Positions 17,476-26,421 are shown, numbered from the stretch's first letter. The stretch: DNA of 30,647 nt from an archaeon (GCA_036170245.1 JAVHOV010000032.1:1-30647); one strand, 5' to 3'. Notes: a model not told the origin generated them from the letters alone. Made by a program: numbers and translations.

Positions 17476-17515
17476 AACTATTTTTTATTACAGAGCAAGG
17501 AAATTTTCTTGCTTT
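17476..17515 (+). terminator. AACTATTTTTT tract followed by a hairpin (AGAGCAAGGA/TTCTTGCTTT)
   Basis: Immediately follows the stop codon at 17474. Confidence 0.55.
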
Positions 17516-17552
17516 AAATTAAATTCACCCCTTAAGATAAGAATAAAAACCC

Positions 17553-17576
17553 TCATATGAATAGTATTTCATATGA
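17553..17576. promoter_or_regulatory. ArsR/SmtB-type operator overlapping the regulator start codon
   Basis: Perfect 9-6-9 inverted repeat TCATATGAA-tagtat-TTCATATGA with the TGAA-N6-TTCA core typical of SmtB/CzrA boxes. Confidence 0.8.
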
Positions 17577-17890
17577 AAACAAACTCAAATGAACTGCACC
17601 AGCCGCATAAATGCATGGAAGTATTAGGAAATGAAGTACGAATGGGAATAATACAACTGCTCATGAAAAAAGAAATGACTGTGCTTGATATTTGTAAATC
17701 TCTAGACAAAGAACAAAGCTTAATCAGCCACTCCTTAAAACAATTAAGAGAATGCTCTTTTGTTGATTTCAAAAAACAGGGAAAACAAAATGTATACTAC
17801 CTAAAAAGCGAAATATTCAAGGACAAAAACAAAACTTTAATTGAAATGTTCACTGAACATTCAAACAAATACTGTAAAGGAAAGATGTGA
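17573..17890 (+). CDS. ArsR/SmtB-family transcriptional regulator
   Basis: LGNEVRMGII.LL...EMTV..I...L..EQSLISHSLKQL...FV...KQGK...Y winged HTH. Confidence 0.9.
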   Translation: MKTNSNELHQPHKCMEVLGNEVRMGIIQLLMKKEMTVLDICKSLDKEQSLISHSLKQLRECSFVDFKKQGKQNVYYLKSEIFKDKNKTLIEMFTEHSNKYCKGKM

Positions 17891-17894
17891 GAAA

Positions 17895-19082
17895 ATGAAA
17901 GAAATATACTTTGATTATGCAGCAACTACACCAGTTCGAAAAGAAGCACTAAAAGAAGCTCTACCTTACTTTTCAAAAAAGTTTGCGAATGCCTCAAGCT
18001 TTCATTCTAGCGGGATGCTTGCAAAAAGAACTCTTAATGCTGCAAGAGAAGATATTTCAAAAATATTGAATTGTGAGAAAGAAGAAATTATTTTTACTGG
18101 AAGCGGAACAGAAAGCATTAATTTAGCGATAAAAGGACTCGCATTCAAAAAAATACTCGAAGGAAAAAAAGGAACAATAATTACCCAAAAAACAGAACAC
18201 CACGCGGTACTTGAAACACTTGACTGGCTGAAGAAATTCGGATTTAATACAATTGAATTAGGGGTAAATTCTGAAGGAATTATTTCTCTAAAAGAACTTG
18301 ATGAAACGATTACAAATGAACAGAAAAAAGGAAATGAAATAATTTTAGTTACAATAATGTATGCAAATAACGAAATAGGGGCAATACAGCCAATAAAAGA
18401 AATTGCACAAACTTGCCACAAATACAATATATTATTCCATACTGATGCCTGCCAAGGAAGCGAATACTTACCACTTGACACAAAAGAACTTGGAATAGAT
18501 TTAATGACACTAAACGGAAGCAAAGTTTATGCATTCAAAGGAACAGGACTTTTATACAAAAAGAAAGGAATTGAAATTGAGCCACTTCTTCACGGAGGCG
18601 GACACGAATTCGGTCTTAGAGCAGGAACAGAAAATATTCCAGGAATTGTTGCATTAGCAAAAGCGTTGGAACTAGCAGAGAAAGAAAAAAAATCTGAATC
18701 AAAAAGACTTACTCAATTGCGAGATTATTTTATTAAAAAAGTTGAGAAAGAAATATCCAAAAGCTATTTGAATGGGTCAAGAACAAAAAGACTTGCAAAT
18801 AATGTAAATATTTCATTTGAAGGAGTGGAAGGAGAAAGCATTCTTTTGCGATTAAATGAAAAAGGAATTAGAGTAAGCACTGGGAGCGCATGCACCTCTC
18901 AATCTTTAGATCCAAGCCACGTATTACTTGCAATCGGAAGAGACCATGCCCTTGCGCATGGAAGTATTAGATTTACTCTTGGAAAATACTCTACAAAAAA
19001 AGAAGTGGATTACACTATTAAAGAACTTAAAAAAACAATTAAATTTTTGCGAGAAATTTCTCCAGTTTGGGAAAGTGAATGA
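17895..19082 (+). CDS. iscS: Cysteine desulfurase IscS/NifS
   Basis: YFDYAATTP, FTGSGTES, HTDACQ, PLP lysine (NGSKVY), RAGTEN, catalytic STGSACTS; ATG 17895 preferred. Confidence 0.95.
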   Translation: MKEIYFDYAATTPVRKEALKEALPYFSKKFANASSFHSSGMLAKRTLNAAREDISKILNCEKEEIIFTGSGTESINLAIKGLAFKKILEGKKGTIITQKTEHHAVLETLDWLKKFGFNTIELGVNSEGIISLKELDETITNEQKKGNEIILVTIMYANNEIGAIQPIKEIAQTCHKYNILFHTDACQGSEYLPLDTKELGIDLMTLNGSKVYAFKGTGLLYKKKGIEIEPLLHGGGHEFGLRAGTENIPGIVALAKALELAEKEKKSESKRLTQLRDYFIKKVEKEISKSYLNGSRTKRLANNVNISFEGVEGESILLRLNEKGIRVSTGSACTSQSLDPSHVLLAIGRDHALAHGSIRFTLGKYSTKKEVDYTIKELKKTIKFLREISPVWESE

Positions 19083-19094
19083 GGGGATGAAAAA

Positions 19095-19553
19095 ATGAAA
19101 GTAGAAGGAAATGATTGGGTATATTCAAAAAAAGTGAAGGAACACTTCATGGAACCAAAAAACTTTTTGAAAAATATTAAAGATATTAAAAATTTTGATG
19201 GGCACGGCAGTGTAGGAAACATGAAGTGCGGGGATTTAATGGAAATGTGGATCAAAATAAAAAATGACAAAATCATTGACGTTAAATGGAAGACTTTTGG
19301 ATGCGCAAGCGCAATTGCTTCAACATCAATGCTTTCTGAAATGATTAAAGAAAAAGGCGGAATGACTTTAGAAAAAGCATTACAAATTAATGCAAAAAGC
19401 ATTCTTGATAGACTTGGAGGATTACCTGCAATTAAAATTCACTGCTCTGTCTTAGGTGACCAAGCACTTCGCGCAGCAATTTATGATTACGCTGAGAAGA
19501 ACAAAAGAACTGATTTGAAAGTGGAAAAACCAATTGAAGAAGAGCACCACTAA
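19095..19553 (+). CDS. iscU: Fe-S cluster scaffold IscU/NifU
   Basis: YS.KV.EHF..P.N, GNMKCGD, TFGCASAIAS, KIHCSVL. Confidence 0.95.
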   Translation: MKVEGNDWVYSKKVKEHFMEPKNFLKNIKDIKNFDGHGSVGNMKCGDLMEMWIKIKNDKIIDVKWKTFGCASAIASTSMLSEMIKEKGGMTLEKALQINAKSILDRLGGLPAIKIHCSVLGDQALRAAIYDYAEKNKRTDLKVEKPIEEEHH

Positions 19554-19589
19554 ATTAAAAAGATGCATCAGAGTTAATTCTAGTATACA

Positions 19590-20327
19590 ATGGCTAATAG
19601 AATCAAGATAAAAATTGACCCAAAAAAGAAATTTGGAGCAAGTGCAAAAAAAGGAGAAATTGCTTTTAGAACGCTTGCACATTTGAATATATTTAAAAAA
19701 ATTCACCCTGTGGAACTGCGCCTAATCAAAGCAGAAGCGGAACTTGAAAAAACAGAAGCTTTAATGAAAAGAGCCCCTCAAAACAGATCAATAAACACAA
19801 TGCTTTTGAGTCTTAAGCGACTTGAATCAATGGAACAATTCTTCTTTGCACAAAGAATGGCCCTGCTTACAAATTATAGAGAACTAAAAGACTTAGAGCA
19901 AAAAGCATCTACAGAAAATAATGCACAAATTTCAAGAATGGCTGCAAGATCCACTTACAAACAAGTAATGAGACTTGAAGATTTATTACAAAATATCCAC
20001 GCAAAAGAAAAAGTGTACAAAGACCATTTGACAATAGCACTAAAAAGCGAAATTAAACTAAAATCAAAAAAACCAAAACCAGTTGTTCAAAAAGTACTCA
20101 GCGAAAGTGAAAAAGAAGATGCAAATGGATTACTTGATACAAGAAACTTATACACTAAAAGAATAGAAAGAATACAAGATGAAATTAAGATGGGCAAATT
20201 AAGCACAGCCCAATTGATTGACAGAAGAATGATGCTAAAAGATGCTGAACTAAGTCTAGAACACACAAACCAACTTCTAAAAGACCTAACAAAACCTCCT
20301 CAAAAACAATCCTCAAAAAAGAACTAA
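19590..20327 (+). CDS. Hypothetical basic coiled-coil protein
   Basis: 245-aa ORF of helical composition with no recognised motif. Confidence 0.7.
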   Translation: MANRIKIKIDPKKKFGASAKKGEIAFRTLAHLNIFKKIHPVELRLIKAEAELEKTEALMKRAPQNRSINTMLLSLKRLESMEQFFFAQRMALLTNYRELKDLEQKASTENNAQISRMAARSTYKQVMRLEDLLQNIHAKEKVYKDHLTIALKSEIKLKSKKPKPVVQKVLSESEKEDANGLLDTRNLYTKRIERIQDEIKMGKLSTAQLIDRRMMLKDAELSLEHTNQLLKDLTKPPQKQSSKKN

Positions 20328-20366
20328 AGCAAGGGTTAAAAACAACAAACAGACTAATTTAGTATT

Positions 20367-20708
20367 ATGGAACTAGTGCAATATATTATAGTAAACAATT
20401 CGCTTGGGATGAATAAAGGAAAAATTGCGGCTCAGGCAGCGCACGCAGCAGTAAGTGTTCTAGACAAAGCTGATAGAGAGTTGGTTTCTGAATGGAAATT
20501 TAGCGGAATGAAAAAAATTGTTCTAAAAGTTGCAAGCACAGAAGAACTAATTGAGCTATTTGAAAAAGTTAAAAGAAAACACCCTTGCGCACTAATCACA
20601 GATGCAGGGAGAACACAAATTGAAGCAGGAAGCAAAACATGCTTTGCATGCGGACCTATAGAAGAAAGCGAAGGGCAGAAATTCTTCTCACATTTAAAAT
20701 TATTGTAA
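20367..20708 (+). CDS. pth2: Peptidyl-tRNA hydrolase Pth2
   Basis: LGMNKGKIAAQAAHAA, KKIVLKV, DAGRTQI..GS.T....GP. Confidence 0.95.
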   Translation: MELVQYIIVNNSLGMNKGKIAAQAAHAAVSVLDKADRELVSEWKFSGMKKIVLKVASTEELIELFEKVKRKHPCALITDAGRTQIEAGSKTCFACGPIEESEGQKFFSHLKLL

Positions 20709-20733
20709 TTAAAAAACAAAAGAAGGGAAAAAC

Positions 20734-21513
20734 ATGAGCGGCGGATTTTTAACACACATTTCAAATTTAATAAAAGAATCAAACATAGTAATTGAAATTA
20801 TTGATGCACGAAGACCTGAAGAAACCAGAAACAAGGATTTAGAAAAACAGGTCAGATCAAAAGGAAAGCAACTAATAATTGTAATGAACAAATCCGATCT
20901 TGTTGATGATAAAAAATTCCTTGAACAAAAAAAAGCAGAAATCAGCGCAACTTCAAGGGCAAAAGTAGTTTTTGTTTCAGCACTTGCCAGAGACGGAATG
21001 AACATGATTAGAAAAGAAATTGGGATGTCAAGCGGAAACGAAGCACAAAAAGAAACTGTCATTGGAATAATCGGTTACCCAAACGTTGGAAAAAGCACTT
21101 TGATTAATTCACTAGCAGGAAAAGGAAGAGGAAGAGTTGCAACAAGCAGAAAAGCAGGGCTGACAAGAGGATTATCAAGAGTAAAAGTAACTGAAAACGT
21201 TTACTTAATTGATTCACCAGGAATTATTCCATTCAAAGAAGAGGAATTTAATTTATTTTTAATTGAATCAAAAAATCCAAACCAATTAACTGACCCTGAA
21301 CTAATTGCACTAAAATTAATTGAATATTTAGGAAAAGACAGAATTGTAAAAGCATACCAGCTTGATGCAGAAAAGGCCAAAGATGTTGATGAAGACGGAT
21401 TAATTGAAATGATTGCTGCAAAAAGAAACATGCTCCAAAAAGGAGGAATACCTGATTACAGAAAGGGTGCCAGAGATTTACTTGAAAAATATCAACGACA
21501 TGAAATTAAGTGA
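20734..21513 (+). CDS. Circularly permuted GTPase, YlqF/RbgA family
   Basis: DAR.P, G4 NKSD before G1 GYPNVGKS, G2 GLT, G3 DSPG. Confidence 0.9.
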   Translation: MSGGFLTHISNLIKESNIVIEIIDARRPEETRNKDLEKQVRSKGKQLIIVMNKSDLVDDKKFLEQKKAEISATSRAKVVFVSALARDGMNMIRKEIGMSSGNEAQKETVIGIIGYPNVGKSTLINSLAGKGRGRVATSRKAGLTRGLSRVKVTENVYLIDSPGIIPFKEEEFNLFLIESKNPNQLTDPELIALKLIEYLGKDRIVKAYQLDAEKAKDVDEDGLIEMIAAKRNMLQKGGIPDYRKGARDLLEKYQRHEIK

Positions 21514-21519
21514 ATTTTG

Positions 21520-22242
21520 ATGAATTCTTTGCTTTCAAAAAGAAGAACACAAAAAATTGGAAAAGGCTCATTTGTCACAGCAAGAAGAATACTTCCTTCT
21601 TCAAGTGATGCACAAAAAAGAGTTTCCTTAGCAGGACGTGTTGTTAAAAGACTTGTAGGAAGATTTGATTTACATGACGGAATCCGAATAAAAAAGATGA
21701 TTAAGGAATATACCCAGAAATTAAACCTTGCAAAGGTTCCAACAATACGTACTGATGTAAGACTTGTTCCAACAAAGAAAGCAGGCAAACTGAAATTATT
21801 AATGATACAAGATTTTGTTCCACAAGAAAATATTTTGTCAAACAGACTGAAAAAATGTAGTTCTCAAGAAGCGGTTTATTGGTTTATAAAAACAAAAGAA
21901 ATGATAGAAAATTTGAATGATTACAATAGAACACACCACACAAGACTTGGTCTTGATGCACTATCAAAAAACATAGGAATCGTTGAAGGAAATTTAGTTC
22001 TCATTGATTTATATCCCGCATATGTAAGAGGAGAGCAAAAAATAGAGGTTGAAGATATTGCAAAAAGAAAAAGAGGATTTTTTAGGGCAATAAAAAGAAA
22101 TATCTTTCCAAAAGGAGTAGAAGAAAAAGCCACAAAAACTTTAATTAAAAAAATGGAGTTAGACCTTCTTTTGCGAGATGCACTTTTTGATTTTGAATCA
22201 AAACGACCTGAACTTATAGATAAATTTGTTGAAGCACTCTAA
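21520..22242 (+). CDS. Orphan family B, paralog 1, protein-kinase-like fold
   Basis: GRVVK, IQDFV, GLDALSKN (DxxxxN catalytic-loop-like), LVLIDLYP (DFG-like). Confidence 0.6.
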   Translation: MNSLLSKRRTQKIGKGSFVTARRILPSSSDAQKRVSLAGRVVKRLVGRFDLHDGIRIKKMIKEYTQKLNLAKVPTIRTDVRLVPTKKAGKLKLLMIQDFVPQENILSNRLKKCSSQEAVYWFIKTKEMIENLNDYNRTHHTRLGLDALSKNIGIVEGNLVLIDLYPAYVRGEQKIEVEDIAKRKRGFFRAIKRNIFPKGVEEKATKTLIKKMELDLLLRDALFDFESKRPELIDKFVEAL

Positions 22243-22258
22243 AGAAAAAGGTAAAAAC

Positions 22259-22981
22259 ATGGTTAGACAATTTACAAAAAATCAAGTGAAAAAACTTCCA
22301 GGTCACGGCTGGTTTACTAAACCTCTTCTTGTATTAAGAACAAAATCAAAAAAATCACACTTAGTTGGAAAAGTTTTGAAACAATACAGAGGTGCAATGA
22401 CTGCAAAAGAAGGAGTAAGAATAAGAAGACTGATTGACAGTTACTCAAAATATTTAACTATTTCAGGGATACCAGTTATTGAAACTCGATGCGTGTTAGT
22501 TCCAACAAAGAACGGAAAATACAAGATTAACCAGGTACAGCCTTTTGTTGCCCAAGAAGCAATAATGTCAAATTATTTAGCAACATGCAATAAAGAAAAT
22601 GCAATAGATGCATTCAAACAGACAATTGAAATTATTAACAAAATGGAAAAATTCAACAGAACCCATTCTGAAAAAATAGGGTTAGGGCCAAAGCCAAGCA
22701 ACTTTGCAGTAATAAACGGAAAAGTAACTTTAATTGATTTATACCCCCCTCAAGTAAAAAACGGGGATGAACTGCAAGTAAATGATTTACTTGACAGATT
22801 AAGAAATAAACCGATAAAAAAAATTGCCCAGCTGGTAACTGATTCATCCAGAAGAATAATTCAAAGAGAAATAAATAAACACTGGGACACAAACGCCCTT
22901 AGGGAAAGAGTGCTGTGGCATTTTAGCAAAAGAAGACCAGAACTGATTGAAAGTTTTATTGATGCTATTCCACCTAGATAA
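22259..22981 (+). CDS. Orphan family B, paralog 2, kinase-like with the catalytic-loop Asp replaced by Gly
   Basis: Colinear with paralog 1 (LVPTK, NRTH, LIDLYP, KRPELI); GLGPKPSN; ATG 22259 follows an AGGT SD. Confidence 0.6.
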   Translation: MVRQFTKNQVKKLPGHGWFTKPLLVLRTKSKKSHLVGKVLKQYRGAMTAKEGVRIRRLIDSYSKYLTISGIPVIETRCVLVPTKNGKYKINQVQPFVAQEAIMSNYLATCNKENAIDAFKQTIEIINKMEKFNRTHSEKIGLGPKPSNFAVINGKVTLIDLYPPQVKNGDELQVNDLLDRLRNKPIKKIAQLVTDSSRRIIQREINKHWDTNALRERVLWHFSKRRPELIESFIDAIPPR

Positions 22982-22982
22982 T

Positions 22983-23099
22983 TTAAAGCTGTTTAAAAAT
23001 TTCAATTAATTGTTTTAGCTGAACTTTCTTTTTAATAGAAACTTCTTTTTCCAGGCGAAGTTTTAATTCGTGGATTATTTCATCATTTGCAATTCTCAT
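22983..23099 (-). CDS. Putative 38-aa amphipathic peptide (not in the ORF track)
   Basis: MRIANDEIIHELKLRLEKEVSIKKKVQLKQLIEIFKQL; ATTGT-ATG start context matches the leaderless dead-polB gene; fills the gap exactly. Confidence 0.45.
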   Translation of the reverse strand: MRIANDEIIHELKLRLEKEVSIKKKVQLKQLIEIFKQL

Positions 23100-23144
23100 A
23101 CAATTAAAGATTTAATAAAAAAGAGTTAAAATACTACCTTTAAG

Positions 23145-23155
23145 AAAAAATAGTT
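23145..23155 (-). terminator. AACTATTTTTT tract after hjc
   Basis: Same 11-mer as at 17476, 26424 and 27368; starts 4 nt after the stop codon. Confidence 0.55.
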
Positions 23156-23159
23156 TTAA

Positions 23160-23558
23160 TTATTGAACTTGCGAACAAATTAAAGTTTCTAAAGTAATTG
23201 TATTTTTTCTTGCTTCTTCAAGAGAAATCATAAAATTCTTTCCTGCATTATGAAAATGTTCAAATTTAACAAACAGCCAACCTTCCCGAGGAATCTTCCA
23301 TCCGACAAAAAATTCTGCACCAGCAGTTTTTGCCCAATTTACTTCATCATTCATAGTAACACAAGGAATTGCCAAGTGCTTCCCCTTCCAAGCCTTGCAT
23401 TCAATAGCTAAAATTCTGCCATTCTTTAATGCAACTACATCTGGAGAGGGCAAAGGGCTTACTCCGCTCCCTGCAACTCTTAACACTGCAAACCCCTTAT
23501 CAGAAAGAGTGTGAATTAATTCACGCTCAGCGTTTGCACCTTTATTATAATGAGCCAT
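23160..23558 (-). CDS. hjc: Holliday junction resolvase Hjc
   Basis: KGANAEREL...L...GFAVLRVAGSG...PDVVA....ILAIECK. Confidence 0.93.
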   Translation of the reverse strand: MAHYNKGANAERELIHTLSDKGFAVLRVAGSGVSPLPSPDVVALKNGRILAIECKAWKGKHLAIPCVTMNDEVNWAKTAGAEFFVGWKIPREGWLFVKFEHFHNAGKNFMISLEEARKNTITLETLICSQVQ

Positions 23559-23593
23559 TTTTATTCACCAAAAAATTATTTTTCTAAAAAAAA

Positions 23594-23776
23594 TTATTGG
23601 TAAAGCCCTTTAGGAGAGTGAGCATCTTTTGTAGATAAGTCAACCAACTGTTCTTTACTCAAATTTCGCTTCTCTGCTTTTGAAAGAGTTTTATTTTTTG
23701 TTGCTTGTGAATTACGCTCATTAAGAAGTCTTCTTCGCTCCTTTGAAGCTTCACTAAAAGGATTCTTCTTTTCCAC
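23594..23776 (-). CDS. Orphan family C small protein, copy 3 (GTG start)
   Basis: KKNPFSEASKERRRL.NE.NS...L.K.QLV.L..K.A shared by three tandem ORFs; GGAG SD. Confidence 0.75.
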   Translation of the reverse strand: MEKKNPFSEASKERRRLLNERNSQATKNKTLSKAEKRNLSKEQLVDLSTKDAHSPKGLYQ

Positions 23777-24191
23777 CCATAATCAACTCCATTAAACAAA
23801 ATTACTTTTCCTCATGAATCGCGCCAGGTAAGTGTGCAGCATTCTTTGAAGCAAGCGCAACTAATTGCTCTTTTGTCAAAGTTTTATTTTCAACCCCGCT
23901 GGTTGATTTGCTTGCAGATTGAGAATTACGCTCATTTTGAAGCCTTCGTCTTTCCTTTGAAGCTTCACTAAAAGGATTCTTCTTTTCCATAATTCAAAAA
24001 CTCCTATTAAATTTAATCATTTATCGCAATATTCAATCTGAATGCATCTTTTGAAGAAAGTGCAACTAATTGTTTTTTGGACAAAGTTTTATTTTCGGAC
24101 CCTTTGACAGATTCCCCTTTTATGCCAGAATTTTTTTCATTTTGAAGCCTTCTTCGCTCCTTTGAAGCTTCACTAAAAGGATTCTTCTTTT
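23739..24191. repeat. Three exact 34-bp direct repeats (23739-23772, 23953-23986, 24158-24191)
   Basis: TCCTTTGAAGCTTCACTAAAAGGATTCTTCTTTT, encoding the KKNPFSEASKE block on the minus strand. Confidence 0.9.
23802..23990 (-). CDS. Orphan family C small protein, copy 2
   Basis: Same conserved blocks; AGGAG SD. Confidence 0.78.
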   Translation of the reverse strand: MEKKNPFSEASKERRRLQNERNSQSASKSTSGVENKTLTKEQLVALASKNAAHLPGAIHEEK

Positions 24192-24195
24192 GCAT
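24013..24195 (-). CDS. Orphan family C small protein, copy 1
   Basis: Same conserved blocks. Confidence 0.78.
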   Translation of the reverse strand: MQKKNPFSEASKERRRLQNEKNSGIKGESVKGSENKTLSKKQLVALSSKDAFRLNIAIND

Positions 24196-24250
24196 AATAT
24201 AATCAACTCTAAATAATTACCTACAATAGTGTATATTAGCCTTTAGATTT

Positions 24251-24412
24251 CTACTTCAAAACTCTGTCAGACAAACGAACCGAATTAACTTCGCTTTTTT
24301 CATCCCTTAAAAGAGCTACTTTTGCGTTAAAAAGGAATTTTTTGATTCTTTTAAACAAAGGAAGTCTTCCACTACCTTTATTTTGTTTACCTTCATACGA
24401 AAATCTACTCAT
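24251..24412 (-). CDS. Putative 53-aa basic protein (not in the ORF track)
   Basis: MSRFSYEGKQNKGSGRLPLFKRIKKFLFNAKVALLRDEKSEVNSVRLSDRVLK; GGTGA SD and upstream AATATAAA box. Confidence 0.6.
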   Translation of the reverse strand: MSRFSYEGKQNKGSGRLPLFKRIKKFLFNAKVALLRDEKSEVNSVRLSDRVLK

Positions 24413-24573
24413 AATATCACCTATACAAGCAACCTTGAATGATGAAAACGTTTATATTCCCTTCAATTAAGTAATTTAATTACAAAAAGCCCTAAAATTA
24501 GGGTTTTGGAATGAGTAAATGAAACACTAAAAAGTGTTTTTTGGATTTAGAAAAAGGTTTGTGCGAGAATGCA

Positions 24574-24834
24574 ATGGAAACAATATTGAACGCTAAAATT
24601 GCTACTGGAAAAAATGAATTCAGCATAACATTTGATAAAGAGAAAGAAATTATTTTGATCAAATCGACTGAACAACCAGAAAAAAACAAAGCGAATAAAG
24701 AAATCATTAAAGAATTGAAAAAATTCTTCAAAGCAGATATCTGCATTGTTTTCGGACTTACAAGCAAAGAAAAAAAAATTAAAATTTATTTGCCAAAAGA
24801 ACAAGTCTTAGAAAGACTCAAACACACAAACTAG
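24574..24834 (+). CDS. DUF167/YggU (UPF0235) family protein
   Basis: PEKNKANKEII..L...F...I.IV.G.TS.EK.I; ATG 24574 preferred. Confidence 0.85.
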   Translation: METILNAKIATGKNEFSITFDKEKEIILIKSTEQPEKNKANKEIIKELKKFFKADICIVFGLTSKEKKIKIYLPKEQVLERLKHTN

Positions 24835-24948
24835 TTTTAAAAAATCCAAATTTAGGTAATACAAATCAAGTTCAACTAAAATTGAACCCCTGAATTGTTT
24901 TATTGATTTACAAATTAAATGCCAAAAAATAAAGGAGAAGTGAGTTTA

Positions 24949-26421
24949 ATGGCTAAGACATATTTAAGCGCTGTGAAATACGAAGTGCTTGCAAATTACG
25001 AAGTACAAGGAGTAGTTGAAAAACCAGACATTGTTGGAGCAATATTCGGACAATGCGAAGGACTTTTAGGAGAAGACATGGACCTAAAAGAATTACAACA
25101 AGCAGGAAAAATAGGCAGAATAGAAATAACTGTTAACAAAGGAAAAGGAACAACAAGCGGAGAAGTAATAATCCCAAGTTCTCTTGACCAAGTAAAAACA
25201 AGTATTCTAGCTGCAACAATTGAAACTGTTGAAAAAGTTGGACCATTCGAAGCAAAAGTAAAAGTTTTGAAAATTGGAGACACAAGAAAAGAAAAAAGAG
25301 AAATTATTACAGACAGAGCAAAAGAACTTCTAAAACACATGCAAAAATTTGAAGGAGTAGAAAGCTCAGAAATTGCTGCTGAAATAAAAACTAACATCAG
25401 ATCAGAAAAAATTATTAACCTAAACGGTTTACAAGCAGGACCTGAAGTAGAAAGTTCTCCTGAAATAATCGTTGTTGAAGGAAGAGCTGATGTATTAAAG
25501 ATGCTAAGCTACGGAATAAACAACGCAGTTGCAATGAACGGAGGAAATATTGATACTCCATTAATCGCACTATGCAAACTAAAAACTGTAACAGTTTTAA
25601 TTGACGGGGACAGAGGCGGAGAATTAAATGTTAAGAAATTAGCTTCATTAACAAAAGTTGATTTTGTAGCAAAAGCTCCAGATGGAAAAGAAGTTGAAGA
25701 ATTAGTACAAAAAGAAATTTTACAAGCACTAAAGAAAAAAGTTCCATTCAGCGAAGCATTCCTAGGAAAAGAATCAAGCGAACAGTCTGGACAATTCCCA
25801 CAAAGAAATGATTTTAGACAACCTTTTGAAAGAAGAGAATTCCATAATAATAGAGAATTTAGACCAAATAATTTTGGGGGAAGAGACAACTATAGACCGC
25901 AAAGCTTCAACGGGCCAAGAGATAATTTCAGACCAAACTTCGAAAGAAGAGAATTTGGGCACAGAGATAATTTCAGACCAAGTTTCAATGGACCAAGACA
26001 CGATGATAGAGGCCCAAGACAATTCGGGGGAAGAGATAATTTCAGACCAAACTTCGAAAGAAGAGACAACTTTAGACCAAATTTCCAAGCAGGCGGAGAA
26101 ATTGTTAATACTCCAAGAGTAGAACTGCCTCAGGAAATTCCTAAAGACGTTGAAAAACTAAGAAAAGTTTTTGACAAATTGAAAGGAAAGTCAAAAGCAA
26201 CACTACTTGATGCAAAGAAAAAGAAAATCAAGGAAGTAGATGTAAAAGATCTATTGACTGAAGTTCAAGCATCAAAGAAAAAAGTGGATACAGTAATGTT
26301 TGATGGAATAATCACAAACAGACTTATCGAAGCTGCTATGGCAAAAGGAGTAAGCACAATAATAGGTGTTAAGAAAGGAAATATTACTCCAAACGAAAAA
26401 GTAAAAACATTCACAATGTAA
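24949..26421 (+). CDS. dnaG: Archaeal DnaG (TOPRIM, exosome-associated) with a low-complexity insert
   Basis: GVVEKPDIVGAIFGQ.EGLLG, GKIGRI, IIVVEGRADV, DGDRGG, APDGKEVEEL, FDGIIT.RL; start 24949 or 24919. Confidence 0.95.
   Translation: MAKTYLSAVKYEVLANYEVQGVVEKPDIVGAIFGQCEGLLGEDMDLKELQQAGKIGRIEITVNKGKGTTSGEVIIPSSLDQVKTSILAATIETVEKVGPFEAKVKVLKIGDTRKEKREIITDRAKELLKHMQKFEGVESSEIAAEIKTNIRSEKIINLNGLQAGPEVESSPEIIVVEGRADVLKMLSYGINNAVAMNGGNIDTPLIALCKLKTVTVLIDGDRGGELNVKKLASLTKVDFVAKAPDGKEVEELVQKEILQALKKKVPFSEAFLGKESSEQSGQFPQRNDFRQPFERREFHNNREFRPNNFGGRDNYRPQSFNGPRDNFRPNFERREFGHRDNFRPSFNGPRHDDRGPRQFGGRDNFRPNFERRDNFRPNFQAGGEIVNTPRVELPQEIPKDVEKLRKVFDKLKGKSKATLLDAKKKKIKEVDVKDLLTEVQASKKKVDTVMFDGIITNRLIEAAMAKGVSTIIGVKKGNITPNEKVKTFTM
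25800..26090 (+). repeat. In-frame degenerate repeats encoding RDNFRP(N/S)F units in dnaG
   Basis: AGAGATAATTTCAGACCA at 25918, 25963 and 26032; 36-bp exact duplicate at 25917-25952 and 26031-26066. Confidence 0.9.

Noticed and set aside
23739..24191. Three exact 34-bp repeats as a CRISPR array
   Set aside because: The intervals are about 170-180 nt, similar to each other and protein-coding; no cas genes are present
25880..26080. dnaG internal repeats as CRISPR or a mobile element
   Set aside because: Spacing is irregular, always a multiple of 3, and in frame within a conserved gene
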